Below, in pieces: positions 40,495 to 50,596 of a stretch of DNA of 64,000 nucleotides; within the stretch, counting starts at the first letter, position 1; every line of letters begins with the position of its first letter. The DNA comes from an uncultured bacterium (lineage in GTDB: Bacteria > Hydrothermota > UBA3073 > NMUJ01 > CBEVQO01): the NCBI GenBank assembly GCA_965552055.1, contig CBEVQO010000002.1:64001-128000 (forward strand). Reading direction: 5' to 3'. The notes below the pieces were generated by a model. The model made no database searches and was not told the DNA's origin. It saw only the letters and a list, made by a program, of their open reading frames with translations. The translations under genes were made by a program, and so were the position numbers.

Positions 40495-41715
40495 TCATAA
40501 GACAGGAACAATCTGAGAACCATGGGGCATTATCAAAAATCTGGAAGAAGGATTTTTCTCTAAAATGTCATCTATCAACCTCTGCAAATCCTTTACTTTT
40601 TCCATCCTCAAAATTTTTGTGGTATTTTCATCGAGTTCAGAATAAAGATAAATTTTTGCTTTCTTGGTATATTGCACAATTTTTGCAGCTCTTTGCCATC
40701 CGACTTTGAAATTCTTCTTTATAAATTCTATCATCTCATCCGGATTTTCAAAACTTTTCATCATGTTAAAAAATTCATCGTTTCCTATTCCTTTTTCGCA
40801 ACATGCTACAAAAATTATCCTTCCTTTTTCTTTCACCACAGGCACACTCGCATCAAGGGCTTTTACCGCTTGATACAGCTCCCTATCCGAAGGAAATGGT
40901 GCACATGTTATTACGACATCTGGTTCTTCCGAAATTTTAATACATAAATTATTTTTGTAAAATTCCACTCCTGCAAAGAAAGCACAATGCAAATCACCAC
41001 AGAATACTTCGTAAATTTCATCACCGGAATATAAAACCTGAATTGAAAAAACTTTATCAAGCGGAAATAAATTTGCTCCATCCATCATATCAAGATGAAC
41101 AGGATTATTATCCAAATTCAAAATATTAGCATTTTCATCAAAACACAACTTGTGATTATGTTCTATTGTTTCATAATCAGCTAAACCCGGTAAAAAGCTC
41201 TTCCTTCCTCCCATAAATCCTGCAAAATAATGTGGCTCAACAGATGTTATTATCAGCAATTTATCAAAATGAGAAAGTCTTTTGTCAAATTTGACCTTTG
41301 TGCCTCTTTGGGTAAAGCCATACAACTCAGTTTCGCTCTCTGTATTATGATACATAATTTTATCTTTAAATTTATGATAAAACTTTCCCAAAATTTTTTG
41401 TAATTCATCGTCGGCTGGTGCTCTATGAGTTCCGCATGCTACCATCACAGTTATATCTTTGCCTTCCAGATAGCGATAAATCCTCTCCAGAACTTTCGCA
41501 GTAGGTGTTGACCTGGTATGATCATTAACAACTATCAACAGCTTTCCGGTATTTACAAAATCAAAGAAATTTTCCTTTTCCAAAGGATTTAATAACTTTT
41601 CTTCAAAATTTAAGTAATGCTTTTTTATTTCAACTTTATCAAGCACTTTCAAAACATTTTTATCCGGAATTTCTATTTTTAACTTTTGGTTTTTATATGG
41701 AAGTTTTATTTCCAT
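40495..41715 (-). CDS. Nickel-dependent lactate racemase (LarA) family protein
   Basis: NDHTRSTP, GTHR and PHYFAGFMGGRKSFLPG motifs. Confidence 0.9.
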   Translation of the reverse strand: MEIKLPYKNQKLKIEIPDKNVLKVLDKVEIKKHYLNFEEKLLNPLEKENFFDFVNTGKLLIVVNDHTRSTPTAKVLERIYRYLEGKDITVMVACGTHRAPADDELQKILGKFYHKFKDKIMYHNTESETELYGFTQRGTKVKFDKRLSHFDKLLIITSVEPHYFAGFMGGRKSFLPGLADYETIEHNHKLCFDENANILNLDNNPVHLDMMDGANLFPLDKVFSIQVLYSGDEIYEVFCGDLHCAFFAGVEFYKNNLCIKISEEPDVVITCAPFPSDRELYQAVKALDASVPVVKEKGRIIFVACCEKGIGNDEFFNMMKSFENPDEMIEFIKKNFKVGWQRAAKIVQYTKKAKIYLYSELDENTTKILRMEKVKDLQRLIDDILEKNPSSRFLIMPHGSQIVPVL

Positions 41716-42755
41716 AGGGGTAAAGTTGTTTCTTTTTCTGCTTTCAGTTGTCTTCCACTTTTTACAGAAGAAATTATTGCCTGCATCTTTGTTATCTCGC
41801 CAACCATTAGATCCCTTGAATTCTGCAACATTGTTATTGCACTTGTAAAACGCTTATTTGCTTCGTTTAATAATTTTGTTAAACTTTTTTCCATCTCCTT
41901 TAGAGAAGAACTTAATTTCTGAATACTCAATGGAGGCTGTTTTATCCTTGTAAATACCTGCAAAAGTAAAAGAATAAAAGGCAATAATAAACTATAACTC
42001 AAAATTATAACTCCGCTCTTTGAAGCCTCTTCTCTCAATTTAAGACCTTCTTTTGTGAATACACAAATTTTATAAACAGTATCCGGAATAACTGCAATAC
42101 CAAAGCCTGCTGTCATATCCGGGTCGAGATACTTTGTTATTTTTTCAACCTGTAATCTTACAGCGCTTATTATTTTTCTTACTGCCTCTCGTTTGACCAT
42201 AGGATTTTCGTTTTCGGATTCTATTTTCTCAATTTCTTTTGTTGCCACAAATTTACTGTCTATCGGAATCACTTTATCATCTCCCGGTAAAGAGAGAGCA
42301 AATTCTACTCTTCCGCCTCTTATGGGATAATCTGTTTTTATCCATTCCGATGGTAAATCCTTAAGCACTTCTCTCACTTTTTCTTCTCCTACTTCCCCCT
42401 TTTCGGTGGCATAGCGTGTTTCAAGTCGTCTAACTGCTTCAAATATTTTCTCATCCTGACGATGATGGTGCTGTAAAAATTCGCCTATGGTTGCGAGTAC
42501 TTCTTTTATTTTTGAAGTTTCGCTCTGTGCTTCCTGATTTAATCTTTGAAGATTGTCAATCGCTTCTTTTGTTCTGGAACTTTGTTCTCTCAGCTGTGTT
42601 ACACTTTCGGTAAGAGATTGAATGGCTGACTGCGATTGCTCTACATTCGATAGTTTTTCACGCAAAACCGAAATCTCCGAAATAAATTTGTTATAAATCA
42701 AAAATAAAAGAACGAGAACAACGATTATAAGAATTATGGCATAAAGCCACATCAT
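41706..42755 (-). CDS. rmuC: RmuC family protein
   Basis: N-terminal TM helix, coiled coil, KGEVGE and PIDSKF; start taken at MMWLYA. Confidence 0.82.
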   Translation of the reverse strand: MMWLYAIILIIVVLVLLFLIYNKFISEISVLREKLSNVEQSQSAIQSLTESVTQLREQSSRTKEAIDNLQRLNQEAQSETSKIKEVLATIGEFLQHHHRQDEKIFEAVRRLETRYATEKGEVGEEKVREVLKDLPSEWIKTDYPIRGGRVEFALSLPGDDKVIPIDSKFVATKEIEKIESENENPMVKREAVRKIISAVRLQVEKITKYLDPDMTAGFGIAVIPDTVYKICVFTKEGLKLREEASKSGVIILSYSLLLPFILLLLQVFTRIKQPPLSIQKLSSSLKEMEKSLTKLLNEANKRFTSAITMLQNSRDLMVGEITKMQAIISSVKSGRQLKAEKETTLPLWK

Positions 42756-42799
42756 TACAAAAATTTTTAATAATTTTCCACCTTTGTCAACCAAAAATT

Positions 42800-44776
42800 T
42801 TATAAAATTTTTAGGATATTTTTCACTTTTGTAAGTCCTTCTTTTGCTTTATCGTAATGTGGGTCAATTTCAAGTGCTTTCTCAAACGCCATCTTCGCCT
42901 CTTCATACCTGCCCATCCCAAATAATGCTTCGCCCTTCCATCTCCATGCGATTTCGGCATCCTTCTCGGGATTTAATTTAATAAATTTCTCTGCTGTTTG
43001 AAGAGCTTCTTCATATTCTCCCAGCAAACAGCATGCTTCTGCAAGACCAAGCCAGCCATCGGGCAACATGGGATTCAATTCAACAACCCTGCAAAATGCC
43101 TCTTTCATCTCTTTGTATTTCTCCATATATCTATAAGTCCAGCCAAGTTCTGCATAAATCTCCCATTTATCACCTTCATATTTTAATGCTTCTTTAAAAG
43201 ATTTCTCTGATTCTTCGTAGTTTCTTAATTCAAAGAAAACTCTTCCTTTGTAAAACCATGCTGTTGAGTGCTCTGGCTTCATTTCGGTTACTTTATCGAG
43301 TATTTCAAGTGCTTTTTCAAATTCGCCAATTTCAAATAATGCCCTTCCTTTTATAAAAAGTGCCCTTACATCTTTTTCATCATTTTTTAATATTTCGTCC
43401 GCTATTTCAATTGCGCTCCAGTATTTTTTAAGTCCGATAAACGCACTTGCTTTGAGATGAAGTGCTTCCATATTTTTCTCTTTTTCAAGAACCGCATTAC
43501 ATAATTTTATCACTGATTGGTAATCTTTTGTCTCTTTCAACATAAGTTCTGCTTCTCTGATTATTGCATCTTTGCATGCTGGGTCAATCTTCCTTGCTTT
43601 CCTAAAAGCATTTATTGCCTTTTTATTTTCACCCATCTCTTCCAGCACTTTTCCAAGATAATACCAGTAAACGGGATTTTTCTCATCGTCTTCTATAGCT
43701 TTTTCTATACAATATTTTGCTTCCTTATAATTTCCTTCTTCCATGTATTCGATTGCATCCGAGAAAATCGTTGAAGCCGAATATTCTTCTTCTGGCAATT
43801 CTATTTTCTCCTTTATTATTTTATCTGATGGATTGCCGAAATGAGCATATCCGCACCATACTATTGACCTCTTTCTATAAAATTCATTGCGAAGTTCCAG
43901 AAGTATATGTCCTATTGTTTCGCCTTCCAGCATCTTTCTGTAAAATTTTACAGCAAAATTTGCACTATCATGTGAGGGAATTTTAAAAAATGAACCTATA
44001 TAATGTCTCACACCTGCTTCAACAAATCCTTTCGCAATATCAAAAGAAGTTTCACATGCATTTGCAAATATGAGGAAAACTTTTTCTAAAGGTAAATCTT
44101 TAACATCTTCCGCTTTTAACTTCTCTCCTTTGTAAAGTTTCCAGCCATCTTTTTCCGCATGCCCTATGTAATGAATTATGTTATATTTAAATAGATTCGC
44201 TTTGATTTCCTGTTTTGATGCCGTAAATCCGCCTCGCAAATCAAGTGATTTAATTCTTTTCTTTTTCTTCAATCTGCTTAATCTGTTGATGATTTCAATT
44301 GTTTCCAATTTTGCATCTTTTTCTATATCTCTATCTTCTGTTGGATTTTTTATTATAAGCATTTTTAAGGGTGGGTAAATTTTTTCGAATTTTCTTTCTC
44401 TTTTTATTCTTATAATGCGTGCAATTTGGAATTTAAGTCCCCAGAATTCATCATCATATATGATTTCATAAGGAATTTGTAAAAGCCCCTCTTCAACTTC
44501 AAAAAGCAATTTGCTTCCTTCTCTCAATCTTTTAAAAGCGGGTTCAAATTCTTTAAACATAACTTTAAATAAAGTTTTGCCAATAGATTTTATTTCCTCT
44601 GTAAACTCATCAAAATCTTTGCCCGGTATTACAATATTACATTTTTCATAAAATTTTTCGCAAATTTCCTTTATATTTTCTATTTTTATTTTTTTCTCGG
44701 TAATTCCTGCGTATCGGTGGATTTTAGGTCGCACAAGTATATAATCGTCGATTTTAAAAAGATGAATTTCTTTCAC
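42800..44776 (-). CDS. CHAT (caspase-like) protease with C-terminal TPR repeats
   Basis: LLQIPYE, IIHYIGHA (catalytic His), FANACET (catalytic Cys), W..Y.HFGNP; multiple TPRs. Confidence 0.9.
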   Translation of the reverse strand: MKEIHLFKIDDYILVRPKIHRYAGITEKKIKIENIKEICEKFYEKCNIVIPGKDFDEFTEEIKSIGKTLFKVMFKEFEPAFKRLREGSKLLFEVEEGLLQIPYEIIYDDEFWGLKFQIARIIRIKRERKFEKIYPPLKMLIIKNPTEDRDIEKDAKLETIEIINRLSRLKKKKRIKSLDLRGGFTASKQEIKANLFKYNIIHYIGHAEKDGWKLYKGEKLKAEDVKDLPLEKVFLIFANACETSFDIAKGFVEAGVRHYIGSFFKIPSHDSANFAVKFYRKMLEGETIGHILLELRNEFYRKRSIVWCGYAHFGNPSDKIIKEKIELPEEEYSASTIFSDAIEYMEEGNYKEAKYCIEKAIEDDEKNPVYWYYLGKVLEEMGENKKAINAFRKARKIDPACKDAIIREAELMLKETKDYQSVIKLCNAVLEKEKNMEALHLKASAFIGLKKYWSAIEIADEILKNDEKDVRALFIKGRALFEIGEFEKALEILDKVTEMKPEHSTAWFYKGRVFFELRNYEESEKSFKEALKYEGDKWEIYAELGWTYRYMEKYKEMKEAFCRVVELNPMLPDGWLGLAEACCLLGEYEEALQTAEKFIKLNPEKDAEIAWRWKGEALFGMGRYEEAKMAFEKALEIDPHYDKAKEGLTKVKNILKIL

Positions 44777-44782
44777 AAATTT

Positions 44783-44809
44783 ATTATAATTTGCATTTTA
44801 TATTGTCAA
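44783..44809 (-). promoter_or_regulatory. Promoter TTGACA-N15-TATAAT, probably leaderless
   Basis: 6 nt before the GTG at 44776. Confidence 0.7.
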
Positions 44810-45108
44810 GAATTCTTCCAGTGAGGATGTGAGAGTCCCATTGTGAAAAATGTTTCAACGATATTTGCGATAAAATGCGAAAATTTGTGGGGAAATTTTA
44901 ATTTGCCTTCCAGTAAGAATTCAACAGTTTCGTGAATCAATATCCCTAACTTCTCAAACACCGAGCATTTTTGAAAAATGTAAATCTTATCATAAATCCA
45001 TGCACCCGTTTCCTTTTTCAATTTTATAACCTCTCCCTTTTCATCATGCAAAATAAGATTCACATCAGTAAGAACAATTTTTAAAGGAAAGTTTATTTTC
45101 TTTTTCAT
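44806..45108 (-). CDS. Hypothetical protein with an HExxE...H motif
   Basis: LIHETVE...SHFIA; ATGA overlap. Confidence 0.6.
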   Translation of the reverse strand: MKKKINFPLKIVLTDVNLILHDEKGEVIKLKKETGAWIYDKIYIFQKCSVFEKLGILIHETVEFLLEGKLKFPHKFSHFIANIVETFFTMGLSHPHWKNS

Positions 45109-45485
45109 TCTCGTTGAAATTTGCCATTTTTATTTATTTCTATAAGAATTTTTTCAATTAGTTTATCAACTTCTTTAAGGCGAGACTCCTTTATTTCGAG
45201 ATCATAAGGAAATCCTTCAATCCATTCTTTTAATTCATAAAGAACATCTAAAATTTGCCCATCCGCTTTTTCTTCACAATAACCAAAGATAACTTCTTTT
45301 GCTTTTTCCCACCCGTTAATAAGTACTTTCCTAAACACTCTAAGCAGGAAATCTTTTTGTTCGTCTATACTTAATGTTATATTACCTTTCTTTATATCCT
45401 CAAATATTTTGCGTAGCTTTTCACAAAATTCAGATTCATCGCGAATGCGAAAAATCTCTTTGCAAATTTCCTTCCACTCTCTCAT
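45105..45485 (-). CDS. Hypothetical helical protein
   Basis: Start at MREWK follows an AAGGAGG RBS. Confidence 0.65.
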   Translation of the reverse strand: MREWKEICKEIFRIRDESEFCEKLRKIFEDIKKGNITLSIDEQKDFLLRVFRKVLINGWEKAKEVIFGYCEEKADGQILDVLYELKEWIEGFPYDLEIKESRLKEVDKLIEKILIEINKNGKFQRE

Positions 45486-45525
45486 AGCTCCCTCCTTTTT
45501 CATAACATTATTACATCTCATTACT

Positions 45526-47730
45526 TCACATTTTATTTTTAAGAATATTTAACCTTTGGTAGAATTTTCGATTATCTTTTAAATCGTCATAAGTTGAAAT
45601 AATCAACACTTTCCTTTCAAGGCGGGTACTTTCATCTATTTCTGAAAGTTTCCTTATCACAAAACCTGCTTTTTTATATTTTTCTTCTTTCTCTTTCTGA
45701 TGCCTTAAATATTTCTCATCTTCCATTCCATAGTGCTCCCATAGTATTTCTTTATCTTTGGATATTAATTTAAAATCGGGACATACTCCAATGTCGAGAT
45801 ACGCGGATAAAGGTTCATATTGATATTCTATCTCTGCTTTGCGCAAGAGATTAGCAATTAAGCATTCCTGCCAACTTCTTACTTTTTCTCCATTCAAAGT
45901 AATAATTCTCAAATTTTCGGGTAGCAATCTCACATCTATAGGATTATCAAACAAATATGTTTTTCTTTTTAATAGCTCGGAAGCACTTACATTGAGTAAA
46001 TTTGCAATGTGGTCTTCTACTATTATATAAAGCCGCCTCTGAGCACGAGTTACAGCGGTATACATCATCTCTCTCGATTTAAAATGCTTTAAACCTTTGG
46101 GAATAACCAATAACACATTTTCAAATTCACTTCCCTGACTCTTATGTATAGTTATGGCGTAAGCATAATCTAAATTTTCTCCTAACTGATTTAAATAAGC
46201 AAATTTCTTTGGAGGAAAGAAAAATTTAACTTTTCCATTTCTTAACACATATCCCATCATTCCGTTAAATACTTCTATTTTATAATCATTTTTAGTTTGA
46301 ATCACTTTGTCTCCCATATAAAACTGTTTTTGTAACACAATATCTGCTTTCTTTGCAAATCTGGATTCTTGGCGTAAAAAGAGACTTAAATTATAGGAGC
46401 CATTTTCACCTTTAATTCTAGTTGGGGTTAGAATCTGTAATTTATCCTCATATACTAAAAATTTATAAAAACCCTTTGCATCTACAGAAAAATCGTTTTC
46501 CCTGAGTAATTCCTCAATTGCTTTTTCCACCTCCTTTCGTATATTATTTTTAACAACTTTTACAGTTATGACTTCTTTCTCATCGGTTCTTATTGAAAAC
46601 TTATCCGCGTTATCTTCTGAAATTTTATTACTGAATAATTCATTTAATATTTGTTCTTTTATTGCATAAGGTGTATCTGTGAGAAATATTTTAGAGAACT
46701 CAACTATCTTTTTACATTCAGTACGAAGAATTTTTTCTAATTTTACAATACAATCCTTGTGGTTTTTCTGGAGATATTGATAAAGGTCATAGAAAGGCTT
46801 GCCAGCATCTACAGGCGGAAGTTGATTCACATCCCCTATCATTATAAAATACTGTAAATTGTTTTTATTGATAAGGGTAAGTAGCATCCCTAAAGTTTGA
46901 GTATCTACCATAGATGCTTCGTCTATAATTATGGCATCAAGCTTCTTTTTGCGTGATTCTTCTGGAACTTCTTTCAAAATAAAATATTCAAAGTCATAAA
47001 AATTGCGTAACTCAGTTGATATAAATCTGTGTATGGTTTTGACTTCAAGGATTCCTTTCAACTTTTCCATCGTTCTCATGGCTGCTTTTCCAGTAGGAGT
47101 TAATACTTTTATTTCTTTTAATCCATTTTTTAACATTGCTTTTACAAGTGCTTTTATTACATGTGTTTTTCCACTTCCAGCAGGGCCTGTTAAAATACCC
47201 ACTCTCTTTCTAAGAAGAGATTTAACCGCATTTATTTGCTCTTTTAATATTTCCTCGTATTCTTCTTGGATTAAATTTACGAATGCGTTTTCTTTCAAAT
47301 CTTCTTTGATTTCGTCCTCTGTTACATCAGCTTCAGGTTGTGGCAAGCTATTCAAATATTCGATTATTTCCCCTATTCTTTTTTCAAATCTTTTTACCTC
47401 TTTTAAAGTATAAACCCAAATTTCATCTCCATTTACTTTTACTTTATCTATTTCTACTTTTTCCTGAATGAAATTTTCGTATTCCTTTATTTTGTTTATA
47501 AACTCCTTCTGATTTATATCATAAATATCTTCTCTGTTTCTTCTTTTGAAATACTCCATAATTTCTAAATCTGTTAAAGATGTATGCCCTTCTTTTAAAG
47601 CTTGCTTTAATAAAGTAATCAACAATGCTCTTATTCTCTCCTTGTTTACACTATCAAATTTTTTGTTAAGTTCTTCAAAGCGCCTCTTTTCACCAAAATC
47701 AATTTCCTCAAAAGTTACAGGTTCTAATAA
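45526..47730 (-). CDS. RecD-like SF1B helicase with a C-terminal PD-(D/E)xK-like nuclease (3' part of a split gene)
   Basis: GPAGSGKT, DEASM, GDVNQLPPV, YAITIHKSQGSE, YTAVTRA; VRSWQE..IAN...YEP...PDF...WEHYGM; homology extends upstream of the TTG at 47625 to LEPVTFEEID. Confidence 0.85.
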   Translation of the reverse strand, partial: LLEPVTFEEIDFGEKRRFEELNKKFDSVNKERIRALLITLLKQALKEGHTSLTDLEIMEYFKRRNREDIYDINQKEFINKIKEYENFIQEKVEIDKVKVNGDEIWVYTLKEVKRFEKRIGEIIEYLNSLPQPEADVTEDEIKEDLKENAFVNLIQEEYEEILKEQINAVKSLLRKRVGILTGPAGSGKTHVIKALVKAMLKNGLKEIKVLTPTGKAAMRTMEKLKGILEVKTIHRFISTELRNFYDFEYFILKEVPEESRKKKLDAIIIDEASMVDTQTLGMLLTLINKNNLQYFIMIGDVNQLPPVDAGKPFYDLYQYLQKNHKDCIVKLEKILRTECKKIVEFSKIFLTDTPYAIKEQILNELFSNKISEDNADKFSIRTDEKEVITVKVVKNNIRKEVEKAIEELLRENDFSVDAKGFYKFLVYEDKLQILTPTRIKGENGSYNLSLFLRQESRFAKKADIVLQKQFYMGDKVIQTKNDYKIEVFNGMMGYVLRNGKVKFFFPPKKFAYLNQLGENLDYAYAITIHKSQGSEFENVLLVIPKGLKHFKSREMMYTAVTRAQRRLYIIVEDHIANLLNVSASELLKRKTYLFDNPIDVRLLPENLRIITLNGEKVRSWQECLIANLLRKAEIEYQYEPLSAYLDIGVCPDFKLISKDKEILWEHYGMEDEKYLRHQKEKEEKYKKAGFVIRKLSEIDESTRLERKVLIISTYDDLKDNRKFYQRLNILKNKM

Positions 47731-48260
47731 TCTCTTCCTTTTTCTTTGAAATATAAATATAATTCCTGATAAGGTATTACAAAAATAGGATTTTCAAAAT
47801 CAACTTTTAAATCAAAAGATACATTAATCTTGTTTTTCTTACTGTCACTACTTATATTTGAAATTTCTTTTATTTTTAGACATGCTGCTATTATTTTATC
47901 CTCTGCTATTGGATTTTCTCTAATGTGTACCAGAGCATATCCCCCTTTCACTAACTCGAGCATTTCCGTTATCTCATCTTCCTTTCCTTTAGTTACTCCA
48001 TAAAACGCTCCCCAGAGTCTTCCAGTGCTGAAAAGTTCTTTTTCAATACCACAAGGTGGATTTTGAATTTCTTCTATTTTCTTTCCCGCACAATTCTCGC
48101 ATTTTTCTGTTCTTTTCTTATTTGCCCAATCCCAACCGTATTTTGTTGATTTTACCCAGTTAAAAGATTCGCAATAGACATTTTCCTTGGGATTACGGCA
48201 TATTCTCCCGTTCCAACCCATATCGTGCCATGCTACCATTACAGCAAGATGTTTAAACAT
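47724..48260 (-). pseudogene. N-terminal fragment of the RecD-like helicase (internal deletion plus frameshift, or an evolved split)
   Basis: WHDMGWNGRICRNP..N.YCESF matches the N-terminus of 51747-54593; stop follows PYQE..YFKEKGRDY. Confidence 0.7.
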
Positions 48261-48278
48261 AACCCCCCCCTTTCTTTA

Positions 48279-48941
48279 TTAAAGTTTTTCTAATAAAATA
48301 TCAAAGCGCGCAATTATACTTTTTTCTTTTCTAATTTTAATGGTATAAACTTTTTTCTCAAAAAGTAAAGTTACAGGTTCTTTTGTCAATGTAGCGATTA
48401 GATTTCCATTTGCAAATAATAATGCTTCTGCATCTTCTATTGGTTTATTTTCTTCTTTGTCCTTTATTTCAATTAACTTCAGATTTATTTTATCATCTTT
48501 TGTCTGTACATCGAGTGTAACTTTTATCTTTTCTGTTTCGCTCTCAATTTTCCATGCGTTTGGCAGTTTTTTACCGCTCCGGGTAGTGATAAATGCTCTT
48601 TCTTCTATATGGGTGCTTCCGTATAACTGGCGTGTTGCTATCTGAAACAGCTTTATGGATAACAAAAGATGCAGGACAGTTGAACACATTTCTTTTTTCT
48701 TCTCTCTTTCCAGATATTTCTTTAAACTTTTCATTTCCATCACTTTGCGAAAACATGCATCACATTCTGTAAGATGCTTCTCAAACACTTCACGCAACTC
48801 ATCCGGCAGAGTGCCATCAACATATCCTGCTATCCAGTGTTCGTCATACTCTTTACAATCGGGTATGGGCTCCGTTTTTCTCATCTCTCTCAATGCCCTT
48901 AAGAGCCATTCAATATCATCGTTGTCAAAATCAGGACACAT
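48279..48941 (-). CDS. zf-HC2 (ZAS-type) anti-sigma factor
   Basis: C....IAGYVDGTL......FEKHLTECDAC; directly downstream of a sigma-like gene. Confidence 0.85.
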   Translation of the reverse strand: MCPDFDNDDIEWLLRALREMRKTEPIPDCKEYDEHWIAGYVDGTLPDELREVFEKHLTECDACFRKVMEMKSLKKYLEREKKKEMCSTVLHLLLSIKLFQIATRQLYGSTHIEERAFITTRSGKKLPNAWKIESETEKIKVTLDVQTKDDKINLKLIEIKDKEENKPIEDAEALLFANGNLIATLTKEPVTLLFEKKVYTIKIRKEKSIIARFDILLEKL

Positions 48942-49833
48942 TTTCCCTCCTTTTTATATTTTTGAATTTCTTTTCAATCTCCTTTCTTACTCTGTGAATA
49001 ATCTGGTCAACATAATTACGATTTATTCCTAAAAACTCTGCTATTTGTTCATAGCAGGGTCTCCTTGCACTCTCCGGGACAGCTTTCCCCTCCTTTAAAT
49101 ACTTTATTATCTGCCATTCTATTTTTGCATCCATTAAAACGAGTTCATCGGTTATTTCATCAATCCTTTTCTTTGTCAATTTCATTATGGTTAAAACTTC
49201 TCTCCTATCTTCAAGTATATTGAATTCAGGCCATAACCACAATTTAAAGACGATTCTTTTAAGAGGGGGAAGTTTCTCTATTTCTTTTCTTATTTCCCTG
49301 CAAGTCATTTCCGTTATAATTTTATTTTCTTCGGTTAGATAGCCAATCAGTCCTTTTGGAGGCTTTGTTTTAGCTCTGGTAAACTTCTTTTCTAACTCTT
49401 GCTCTCTTTTGCTTTTCTTCTCCGGAGACAATCTTTCTTCAATCTCTTCTAAATTTTTTTCATCCATTTTAATTTCGCGTAATTTTCTTATAAGAATGCG
49501 TGGAAGCCAATTTATAAAAATTCCTGTTATCCATGTTGTGAATTTAGCTTTTGTTCTGTGATTTGGATCGTATCGTTTTATTATTTCAAGATTTGACAAT
49601 AAATAATTATAAAGGAAATCTCTGCAAATATCTTCTTTTTCATCAGAATCTAACTCCTCGAGTATCTGGAATCCCATCTCTTCTTTTCCTCTGAGTTTAC
49701 TCAAAATAATGCGTTCAATAAGTCCCTTTAAAACAGAGATATACTTGTCGAGCGCAAAAATTGCTTTTTTGCAGGCATCTAAATCACAATTATGACACTT
49801 TTCTAATTGCTCTCGTGAAACTAACTCATTCAT
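48931..49833 (-). CDS. ECF-like sigma-70 family factor
   Basis: Region 2 RYDP...KFTTWI; region 4 IEKLPP..R.VF.L and YEQIAEFLGINRNYVDQIIHRVRKEI. Confidence 0.75.
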   Translation of the reverse strand: MNELVSREQLEKCHNCDLDACKKAIFALDKYISVLKGLIERIILSKLRGKEEMGFQILEELDSDEKEDICRDFLYNYLLSNLEIIKRYDPNHRTKAKFTTWITGIFINWLPRILIRKLREIKMDEKNLEEIEERLSPEKKSKREQELEKKFTRAKTKPPKGLIGYLTEENKIITEMTCREIRKEIEKLPPLKRIVFKLWLWPEFNILEDRREVLTIMKLTKKRIDEITDELVLMDAKIEWQIIKYLKEGKAVPESARRPCYEQIAEFLGINRNYVDQIIHRVRKEIEKKFKNIKRRENVS

Positions 49834-49850
49834 GGTTCCCCCTTCACCTT

Positions 49851-49877
49851 ATTTTACATCAAATACAGCGTTGTCAA
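49851..49877 (-). promoter_or_regulatory. Promoter TTGACA-N15-TAAAAT for the second sigma module
   Basis: Hexamers upstream of a GAAGGGGG SD. Confidence 0.65.
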
Positions 49878-49969
49878 TATCATTTTTTATTAGTTTAGAG
49901 AAAGATGCACGCAAACTATTCAAATAAACATTTATTGTATCTTCGAGTTTGTTTATAGTGTTATCAATG

Positions 49970-50179
49970 TCAATAAGTGCATCTCTCATCTCTTTGAATT
50001 TTTCCTTTATCTGCTGAATTTCCACATCCCGTTTTATATATTGGAGAAAGATAGAAAGTCGATGGAGATACTAGCATAACATTCTTTTCGTAGGCGTATG
50101 CAGGCTTAATAGGTATAACTTTTCGCCACCCGACTATTTTTATCCTGTCACAGCAATTAAATTGTTGATTCTTACCCAT
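49970..50179 (-). CDS. Small hypothetical protein
   Basis: AAGGAGGGG RBS before the ATG. Confidence 0.45.
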   Translation of the reverse strand: MGKNQQFNCCDRIKIVGWRKVIPIKPAYAYEKNVMLVSPSTFYLSPIYKTGCGNSADKGKIQRDERCTY

Positions 50180-50203
50180 CTCCCCTCCTTTTGATTTGCA
50201 TCT

Positions 50204-50596
50204 TCAATTAAAATCATCTACTTCGTCCTTTGTGTTTAACTTTACAAAATCTTTTAATTCTTTCTCTTCTGCTTCTTCCAGTAAAACATAACAATTTCTG
50301 TTCTTGACTTTTTTAAATTCTAACAATGCAATTTCGGCAACATCAAAGAATTTCTGGAGCCCGCTGTAAATCCTCTCTGCCTCTTCTTTTATCCTTTGAG
50401 GAACTCTCTCTGGATAGGCACACATTATTCGCACCATTTGATTTAAATCCTGCAAAAATTTTACAGGAATAACCAGAACATCATATCTCACAAATTCTCT
50501 TTTTTCATTTAACATTATTAAAATATGATAACCCAGCAATTTACTCAATATCTTCATTGTATTTTTAAATGAACCTCCACTTTTTTCAATCCACAT
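50204..50596 (-). CDS. Hypothetical protein
   Basis: GGAGGT RBS; overlaps the ClpX-like gene. Confidence 0.65.
   Translation of the reverse strand: MWIEKSGGSFKNTMKILSKLLGYHILIMLNEKREFVRYDVLVIPVKFLQDLNQMVRIMCAYPERVPQRIKEEAERIYSGLQKFFDVAEIALLEFKKVKNRNCYVLLEEAEEKELKDFVKLNTKDEVDDFN

Noticed and set aside
47730..47755. Programmed -1 frameshift joining the two helicase B ORFs
   Set aside because: Only GAAAAAG is present, not a canonical X XXY YYZ site, and ~200 aa are missing at the junction, which favours a deletion
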